This document shows, one piece after another, positions 57,759 to 64,000 of a stretch of 64,000 nucleotides of DNA. A program made the translations under genes and the position numbers. How positions within the stretch are numbered: the first letter of the stretch is position 1; the number at the start of each line of letters is the position of its first letter. The notes beneath the pieces are model-generated. The model was not told the origin of the DNA, ran no database searches, and saw nothing but the letters and a program-made list of their open reading frames with translations. The stretch covers positions 248,486 through 312,485 of the forward strand of contig JAIELV010000001.1 in assembly GCA_019752595.1 (NCBI GenBank), given 5' to 3'. The stretch is from Patescibacteria group bacterium. GTDB taxonomy: Bacteria; Patescibacteriota; Minisyncoccia; Phycocordibacterales; Phycocordibacteraceae.

Positions 57759-58379
57759 TTAGTGTGCGTTTTTTGAACCGAAAATTGTCTTCCCGCATAC
57801 TACCCCATCCTCTCCGAATTCATAGCAATAGACTTCACCTGTTGCTATTTCGAGTTTGGGTATTTCTTCATCGCTTATATCCTCCAAATGCTTTACGAGG
57901 GCGCGAAGCGAATTGCCGTGCGCGACCAAGAGCACATTCTTGCCAGAGGCTACTTCAGGGAAGATAGACTCCTGGTAATACGGAACTGCACGCTCATAGA
58001 CGTCTTTTAAGGTCTCGCCTTCTGGGAGTGGGTAATTCCAGCTTCGACGAATACGATGAAACTCTTCATCTCCAACTTCCTTCTGCATGTCCCACTTATT
58101 TTTTCCTGTGTAAATACCATAGTGACGCTCATTCAAGGCGGGGTGAACCACGGCGTCATGAGCGAGCCCAAGTGTTTCCTTTATTGCGTCAAATGTCTGT
58201 TGCGCGCGTTTTAATCCCGAAGTGAAGGTCTTATGAATATCAAATCCGCGAATTGATTCACCTGCCTTCTTTGCCTCCTCAACGCCCTGTTCAGTAAGAC
58301 CTACATCGACATACCCTGTCCACTTACCAAGCTTATTCCACTCCGATTGACCGTGACGAACCAAAATTAGTTTAGCCAT
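57759..58379 (-). CDS. gpmA: 2,3-bisphosphoglycerate-dependent phosphoglycerate mutase (start re-assigned to MAKLILVRHG)
   Basis: LILVRHGQSEWNKLGKWTGYVDVGLTEQG and the C-terminal dPGM motifs. Confidence 0.85.
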   Translation of the reverse strand: MAKLILVRHGQSEWNKLGKWTGYVDVGLTEQGVEEAKKAGESIRGFDIHKTFTSGLKRAQQTFDAIKETLGLAHDAVVHPALNERHYGIYTGKNKWDMQKEVGDEEFHRIRRSWNYPLPEGETLKDVYERAVPYYQESIFPEVASGKNVLLVAHGNSLRALVKHLEDISDEEIPKLEIATGEVYCYEFGEDGVVCGKTIFGSKNAH

Positions 58380-58380
58380 A

Positions 58381-58917
58381 TTAAAAATCGATACTAAATT
58401 CGTGTATTGAACCGTTGCGTATAAATTCGTGAACCTCATTACCGTGAATGTGATGCAAAAGACGTATCACTCCACCGTGTGCAACAATCAAAACTGATTT
58501 TCCATTCTCTTTTTGCGCGATGTCTTTAAACGCAGCGAATACTCTATCTCTTACATCTTCTGCCGATTCACCTCCATACGGACGGTAGTCATATTCCTGC
58601 TGAGTATCTTTTTCGTGCAATGAACCATCTGGGTCAAAAGCAGACCATTCCTGTCCGTCTAAAGACCCAAAGCTCCGTTCTCTCAGTCGCGCATCATACG
58701 TTACAGGTAAATTCCGCTCTCTATTTAAAATATCGGTCGTCTGCTTTGTCCTCAGTAAGTCTGAGGAATAAATCCCGACGATGTCATTAGGAAGCTCTTT
58801 TATTGCTGTCTCAACTTGCCCTCTACCTTCTTCCGTAATTGGTATGTCCAGCTGACCCGTTGTACGACCTGAGCCATTTAACTCGGTTTTGCCGTGACGA
58901 ATGATGTAAAACTTCAT
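58381..58917 (-). CDS. histidine phosphatase superfamily protein (phosphoglycerate-mutase-like)
   Basis: MKFYIIRHGKTELNGSGRTTG carries the RHG motif. Confidence 0.7.
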   Translation of the reverse strand: MKFYIIRHGKTELNGSGRTTGQLDIPITEEGRGQVETAIKELPNDIVGIYSSDLLRTKQTTDILNRERNLPVTYDARLRERSFGSLDGQEWSAFDPDGSLHEKDTQQEYDYRPYGGESAEDVRDRVFAAFKDIAQKENGKSVLIVAHGGVIRLLHHIHGNEVHEFIRNGSIHEFSIDF

Positions 58918-58926
58918 TCGTTCAGT

Positions 58927-60210
58927 CTAACGGTGGAATTGATTTCCCGCAAAAACTGCCTGCGCACCCAGTGATTCCTCAATGCGCAGAAGTTCGTTAT
59001 ATTTTGCCGTGCGATCAGTTCGGCTCGTCGAGCCTGTTTTTATTTGACCTGCAGCCAAGCCCACCGCAAGGTGTGTAATCGTAGTGTCCTCGGTTTCTCC
59101 CGAACGATGAGAAACGATTGTTTTCCAACCCGCATCTTTTGCGCGCTCAATAACATCAATAGTTTCCGTAAGTGTACCAATCTGATTCGGTTTTATTAAA
59201 ATCGCATTCGCCGCCTTTTCAGAAATCCCTCGTTCTAAAAATTCTTTATTGGTGACCAAGAGGTCGTCGCCCACAAGTTGAGTACTGCTTCCCATTTTTT
59301 CCGTAAGCTTCTTCCAGCCATTCCAGTCGTTCTCAGAAAGCCCATCTTCAATCGACACAATCGGAAATTCTTTTACTAAAGATTCGTACATCGCAATCAT
59401 ACCCGAGGCATCTAATTTCTTGTCTTCTGTTTGAAGTGAGTATGTGCCGCCTGCAAAAAGTTCTGTTCCTGCAACATCAAGCGCGATGACAAAATCTTTT
59501 TCAAGCGCGTACCCTGCACCTGATACTGCTTCTGCAACCAATTCAAGTGCTTCACGATTTCCTCTACGAACAGTGGGAGCGAAACCACCTTCATCCCCAA
59601 CGGTTGTTCCATACCCCCTCTGGGTTAACACTTTCTTCAGTGAATGAAAGACTTCCGCGGTCATACGAATACCTTCGGAGAACGTTGGGGCGCCGACAGG
59701 CATAATCATAAATTCCTGAATGTCAGTCGAGCCTGCGGCGTGCTTACCGCCATTAATGATGTTTGCCATCGGAAGCGGCAATACTGGTTCGGGTTTCGTC
59801 TGTGAAATGCTTCTCAGATGTTCGTATAACGGGACACGCTTTTCGTTCGCTGCGGCATGAGCAACCGCGAGCGACACCGCAAGTAGTGCGTTTGCACCGA
59901 GCCTGCTTTTGTTTTTTGTGCCATCGAGCGCGATTAATTTCTCATCAAGTACGTGTTGGTGATCGGCGTACATCCCGATAACTGCTGGGCGCACCTCTCC
60001 AAGCACATTGTGAATCGCCTTCTGCACACCTTTCCCGCCGTAGCGCACTCCACCATCCCTCAATTCGTGCGCCTCATGGCTTCCTGTTGAAGCACCTGAA
60101 GGAGACGCCGCACGGCCCGTTGTGCCACTTTCCAAAACAACATCCACCTCAACGGTTGGGTTCCCGCGGGAATCAAGAATTTCCCTCGCACGAACGTTAG
60201 CAATTTTCAT
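58927..60210 (-). CDS. eno: enolase
   Basis: N-terminus [14 protein letters not shown] and signature [15 protein letters not shown]-like [15 protein letters not shown]. Confidence 0.97.
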   Translation of the reverse strand: MKIANVRAREILDSRGNPTVEVDVVLESGTTGRAASPSGASTGSHEAHELRDGGVRYGGKGVQKAIHNVLGEVRPAVIGMYADHQHVLDEKLIALDGTKNKSRLGANALLAVSLAVAHAAANEKRVPLYEHLRSISQTKPEPVLPLPMANIINGGKHAAGSTDIQEFMIMPVGAPTFSEGIRMTAEVFHSLKKVLTQRGYGTTVGDEGGFAPTVRRGNREALELVAEAVSGAGYALEKDFVIALDVAGTELFAGGTYSLQTEDKKLDASGMIAMYESLVKEFPIVSIEDGLSENDWNGWKKLTEKMGSSTQLVGDDLLVTNKEFLERGISEKAANAILIKPNQIGTLTETIDVIERAKDAGWKTIVSHRSGETEDTTITHLAVGLAAGQIKTGSTSRTDRTAKYNELLRIEESLGAQAVFAGNQFHR

Positions 60211-60229
60211 GTTCGTATCCTACGGCTGA

Positions 60230-61147
60230 TTATCTGAATACGGAAGTGCCACTATCAAACTTCAGGGCAAGAATCAGCTCGCCTTTTGACGTGAAGCTGT
60301 AGCCTGCAACATTTTGGAGCATCTGTGAAAATTCAGTTTCCTGGGAGCCCTCGCAGTACATCTTTGTTGAGAATATTTTACTAAACGTCAATTTTTCACC
60401 TTCAACAGAATAGCTCCCACCCATTTGATTGCAGTCGGTCTTGAGTGAAAACGTGCCGTCAGTGTTAAACGTCAGTACAAACGCTGAAGGAGTGTTTGGT
60501 AGCGTCTGTTTTCCATTCTCATACTGAGATGAGATCCATTCCCACGGTTTCATGGTGAGAGACATTTTTTTAGGATCTGCCTCACCTTCAAAATTCTGCA
60601 CGACTTCGCCGAAGCTGTTTGATGTAGCGTCATACTTTAGATACAAACTTTTCCCTTCTGTAGGCTCATTGGTCATCGGTTCTCCAGGCTTTCTGTCCGC
60701 GTAATTTACAACTATCACTCCATTCTTGAATTCAGTTGTCTGAGGAGCGATTCGGTCACCAATGAAAACAGCGTTTGTACTGCGGTACCCGCCGTCTTCC
60801 TTTAAAGCGCTCACGAGATAGAAGAACGCCCCCGAGCCACCAGAATTTTGAGTAATCAAAAACGAAATGTCTTCGTTTCCGTCACCGTTTACATCACCGC
60901 GGACTTCGTTTCCAAAGTACTGCGTTACCACCTGTGCTGCAGAGCCTGGCACTATAGCGACCTCCGACTTCCCGTCTACAAACTCCACCTCCGTGCCACC
61001 AACGGTATACGTGCCATTTTTGTAGTCTGCAAAAAGACCATTTCCAGTGTCAGCAGTACTACTTGTTCTCTGGTAGTAACTAAATCCATACACGCCTGCT
61101 GAGACCAAAACTCCGAGGACGATAACCCAAATTAAAATATGCTTCAT
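60230..61147 (-). CDS. secreted or membrane-anchored protein with a C-terminal META/HslJ-like domain
   Basis: Signal/TM segment, then the C-terminus KPWEWIS...LTFNTDGTFSLKTDCNQMGGSYSVEGEKLTF, which is typical of META (DUF306). Confidence 0.5.
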   Translation of the reverse strand: MKHILIWVIVLGVLVSAGVYGFSYYQRTSSTADTGNGLFADYKNGTYTVGGTEVEFVDGKSEVAIVPGSAAQVVTQYFGNEVRGDVNGDGNEDISFLITQNSGGSGAFFYLVSALKEDGGYRSTNAVFIGDRIAPQTTEFKNGVIVVNYADRKPGEPMTNEPTEGKSLYLKYDATSNSFGEVVQNFEGEADPKKMSLTMKPWEWISSQYENGKQTLPNTPSAFVLTFNTDGTFSLKTDCNQMGGSYSVEGEKLTFSKIFSTKMYCEGSQETEFSQMLQNVAGYSFTSKGELILALKFDSGTSVFR

Positions 61148-61262
61148 AGCTGTAGTGTACCAATAAGGACGAGACTCCTAGCCATTTCTTTCACCAGGAA
61201 CAAACACGATACCCACAGGGGCCTTTGGGTACGAGGCGAGCCTCAGTCTATCTAGTATCCTT

Positions 61263-61730
61263 ATGGGTGAGACATATTACTTAGTAATTTTTATATTTAT
61301 GATGAAACTGCTTTATATGAAGTGCTCGGAGAAATGGGCTGATTTTGCCCCCCTCGTTCTCCGTCTTGCACTCGGTGCTGTGTTCTTCCTGCACGGATAT
61401 GACAAAGTGTTCGTGAAGGGAATCCCAGCAATTACGGGATTTATGGCGAGCCTCAGCCTCCCTGCTCCTGAATTGATGGCGTACATCCTTTCTTACGGAG
61501 AACTCATCGGCGGTGCTCTTATTATCCTTGGCGCTCTCACCTACTGGGCGACACTCTTTGGTATCGTGGTTGCCGTAGTGGCTTGGGTAACCGTGCATTT
61601 GCCGAACGGTTTCTTCGTGGGTGATGGCGGATACGAATTCATCATGCTTATCCTTGCAGCATCAGTGTCGCTCATGATTTCGGGTGCCGGAAAATATTCC
61701 GTCGACGGAATGATGACAAAAAAGATGTAG
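61263..61730 (+). CDS. DoxX-family membrane protein
   Basis: FAPLVLRLALGAVFFLHGYDKVF and 4 TM helices. Confidence 0.75.
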   Translation: MGETYYLVIFIFMMKLLYMKCSEKWADFAPLVLRLALGAVFFLHGYDKVFVKGIPAITGFMASLSLPAPELMAYILSYGELIGGALIILGALTYWATLFGIVVAVVAWVTVHLPNGFFVGDGGYEFIMLILAASVSLMISGAGKYSVDGMMTKKM

Positions 61731-61756
61731 CATCTACAGATTTCACTTCAACTTAA

Positions 61757-61795
61757 AAACGCCCAGCCCTCTCAGAGAGAGGCTGGGCGTTTTTA
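61757..61795. terminator. Bidirectional Rho-independent terminator (14-bp GC-rich stem ACGCCCAGCC-CTCTC / GAGAGGCTGGGCGT flanked by A and T runs)
   Basis: Seen directly, between convergent genes. Confidence 0.7.
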
Positions 61796-61824
61796 TTTTG
61801 CATTTCTATTTTTGTTTTACGTCC

Positions 61825-62202
61825 CTATCCAACAATAACGTTAAATCCCGCGAAGGCTGTTCGCTTCATATCAAACGGCATGTCGCTCATTTTTGCATCC
61901 TTATACTTTTCTGACATGTGTGCATCAATTTTTTTATTGACTGCGTTGCGATGTTTTTTGTTTCGATACGTTATGTACGAAAACCACACATCTTCATTCT
62001 TTTTTACTTTAGTCATTTTCGCAAAGGTGAACGTTATGTGTTTCGGTTTTGCATCATCAATGAGGCATTCTTTGTAATCAAGAGCCCCGTACGAAAGCCA
62101 AATACCTTTGGCCTCAGTCGCCATTTTCTTGTACGCAGTACGATTCTTCTTCGGAACAACGAGGACGAATCCGTCTACGTATTGAGTTTTAGATTTAGCC
62201 AT
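61825..62202 (-). CDS. hypothetical protein (possibly DUF1428-like)
   Basis: A 125-aa ORF. The family call rests on weak recollection only. Confidence 0.45.
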   Translation of the reverse strand: MAKSKTQYVDGFVLVVPKKNRTAYKKMATEAKGIWLSYGALDYKECLIDDAKPKHITFTFAKMTKVKKNEDVWFSYITYRNKKHRNAVNKKIDAHMSEKYKDAKMSDMPFDMKRTAFAGFNVIVG

Positions 62203-62220
62203 ACAAATGTATTAGAATGA

Positions 62221-62250
62221 ATAACTGATATGATATATCATATCAGTTAT
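62221..62250. repeat. Palindromic element copy C: perfect 30-bp palindrome identical to copy B, 19 bp upstream of the start of the 125-aa gene
   Basis: Identical to 56931-56960. Confidence 0.9.
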
Positions 62251-62942
62251 TGAGCGAAACAATAAAACAGACCGCCGCCGCCAGTTGACTTCAGGTTTTC
62301 TAAACTACATCCACGGCTTGCGTGGGAAGCATTCCAAGATTTCATTGGAGCCGAATCATCAATACCTACGCGATCATGGTGCCCTACAACTGCTGAACCG
62401 TCGGTGCTTGATGTCCAGTTATCGCACGTTGTGTCTTTACCCGAAGAATCGACAGCAAGCATGCCTTCCATAGTTGAACCTGTCAGAATATCGTGGACAT
62501 TTACCTCATCGCCGCGTCCTGAAACAACCTCGCCTTTTTCGGTAAGCGCAGTGTTTTTGTTCAAATTATTTTGGTCGCTATGAAGACGAAATACATTTTC
62601 TGCAATGAGTTTGCCTTTTGCGTTATACCAAGGACCATTACCGATTCTATCTTTCGCATTCACTGCGGGATTTTCGTCCGTAAAGTATGAACTCAAATAT
62701 GCGCGCCACGTTTTCCCCGTCACACCTACTGCTTCCGCAAGCTGTGCGCAGTACGCATCCGCGCCTTTTATTCCGCCTAGGTCACCGCCCTTCCCAGGAT
62801 TCGCGCTCGTTATGAAAAACGACATTGAAGTGTCTTCCGCAGGAAGTTCTGGGGCTTCTGCGGGTTTTGGATTCATAAAGAAGTAAACACCCGCGCCGAT
62901 AATGACGAGTGCGAGAACTATAAGAGGAATGCTGTATTTCAT
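62247..62942 (-). CDS. hypothetical secreted protein (signal peptide, Gly/Asp-rich)
   Basis: N-terminal signal MKYSIPLIVLALVIIGAGVYF. No family recognised. Confidence 0.5.
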   Translation of the reverse strand: MKYSIPLIVLALVIIGAGVYFFMNPKPAEAPELPAEDTSMSFFITSANPGKGGDLGGIKGADAYCAQLAEAVGVTGKTWRAYLSSYFTDENPAVNAKDRIGNGPWYNAKGKLIAENVFRLHSDQNNLNKNTALTEKGEVVSGRGDEVNVHDILTGSTMEGMLAVDSSGKDTTCDNWTSSTDGSAVVGHHDRVGIDDSAPMKSWNASHASRGCSLENLKSTGGGGLFYCFAQ

Positions 62943-62965
62943 ATACGTGTATTATAAACCACCCG

Positions 62966-63877
62966 TTATTGCCCTCGGTCGTCCGTCCTTCGTTCTACAC
63001 CGCAGTGTTCTGCGACCTCAGTGCGCCACTCTTGCCAGTACCTAAGGGTGTCTTGCATTGCCTGAAGTACCTCGGCACGTCTTTCTTTCGGAATTCCTTT
63101 CAAAATCATACTCCACGCCGCCTTGCGGTGAGAACCAACGGCGCTATCTAGCTCATGGTGCGCTTCAATAAGGCCAAGAGAACGGAGCTGTACCTTTTTG
63201 TGAACATGAAGAGGGTGCTGTTCTAAGGGCAGTCCAAGCCACGGTTTAATTCCAAACTCTTTATGGAACACACTTCGCTCTCGCTTGTTTCCTTCGAGAA
63301 AAAGCGTGGAAACGGCGGCGCCCACTTCCCAACCGCGATTATGTGTCGCGTCCTCAAGAAAACTTCTGTACGCCTCTGCACGCGGCCCTAGAACCGCGGT
63401 ATCAAAGTCACGCACATCAAACCCAAATGCGGGATCCCGAGGAATGTCGAGGAACAAATCGGCATGGGAACGCGCGGGTACAGGATGCCCATATTTCTCT
63501 GACAAAATTCTTTGCGCAATATGCCCATACTCTTCTTCTTCAATGTTTTCTTTCAAATCCTTGCGGATTTTTCTGAATTTGTCTTGCGTGCCTTTTATTT
63601 TCGGTGGTAACTGCCCTAAAACTCCTTGCAGATAATGCGGAAACGGTTTTACAAAGACCGCATATTCGTCGCGGAAGTGATATCGCATCTTTGCGGTTTC
63701 AACGAATTCAGGAAATGCAAAATCTGCCCAGTGGGTTTTTTGCTCCATGATGCCGATTAGGGCATCGCGGAATTCCTTTTTGTTCATCGGTTTTTTCTCT
63801 CTCCTTTCTCCTCTGTAGATAAACTGCAGATCTCCAAGCCCTCGTAAACCCTGCATTTTTTCTCTCTCACGTCTCAT
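62966..63877 (-). CDS. putative heme-oxygenase-fold di-iron protein (PqqC/CADD/TenA-like; tentative)
   Basis: Two E-x-x-H-like segments (EEEEYGHIAQRIL and IEAHHELDSAVGSH) in a roughly 270-aa helical protein. Probable true start MNKKEFRDAL. Confidence 0.4.
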   Translation of the reverse strand: MRREREKMQGLRGLGDLQFIYRGERREKKPMNKKEFRDALIGIMEQKTHWADFAFPEFVETAKMRYHFRDEYAVFVKPFPHYLQGVLGQLPPKIKGTQDKFRKIRKDLKENIEEEEYGHIAQRILSEKYGHPVPARSHADLFLDIPRDPAFGFDVRDFDTAVLGPRAEAYRSFLEDATHNRGWEVGAAVSTLFLEGNKRERSVFHKEFGIKPWLGLPLEQHPLHVHKKVQLRSLGLIEAHHELDSAVGSHRKAAWSMILKGIPKERRAEVLQAMQDTLRYWQEWRTEVAEHCGVERRTDDRGQ

Positions 63878-64000
63878 CTTTTTCTAGTCTATCACCACTC
63901 AACATATACGCACTGTGGGGCATTTTCATCCGTTTTTGAGAGGTATATGATGAAAACATATGAATACTCATACACAGGCGATAGCGGGTGGTGCGGTCGC

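Overview
This 64-kb window is dense (roughly 90% coding) and carries mostly minus-strand housekeeping operons of a small-genome bacterium. Central metabolism and repair genes present: a complete F1Fo ATP synthase operon (atpBEFHAGDC); enolase, gpmA, and a class I fructose-bisphosphate aldolase; nrdAB; uvrA, uvrB and a short uvrC; cysS, tgt, ddl, rarA and an FKBP isomerase. There are four tRNAs: Pro(CGG), Pro(GGG), Arg(CCG) and Ala(UGC). There is an RND efflux pump, and scattered pieces of a heptose and mannose nucleotide-sugar pathway (a SIS isomerase, GmhB, an RfaE-II-like nucleotidyltransferase, and a eukaryotic-type PMM). Six things stand out. (1) An operon tdh-kbl-aclB-aclA-GNAT that encodes a bona fide two-subunit ATP-citrate lyase. 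(2) A secreted-protein locus: one 472-aa repeat protein plus three tandem paralogous Cys-rich secreted proteins. (3) A 30-bp perfect palindrome present in three identical or near-identical copies, each just upstream of a minus-strand gene. (4) A second 25-bp palindrome present twice, flanking DNA-repair genes. (5) A 38-bp perfect palindrome that fills the gap between the divergent NUDIX and DHFR-like starts. (6) A tRNA-adjacent gene for a GGCT-like protein, bracketed by a 32 to 35-nt direct repeat. I saw no CRISPR array, rRNA, transposase or integrase. Some start codons were re-assigned by eye. All calls rest on motif recognition without database searches.
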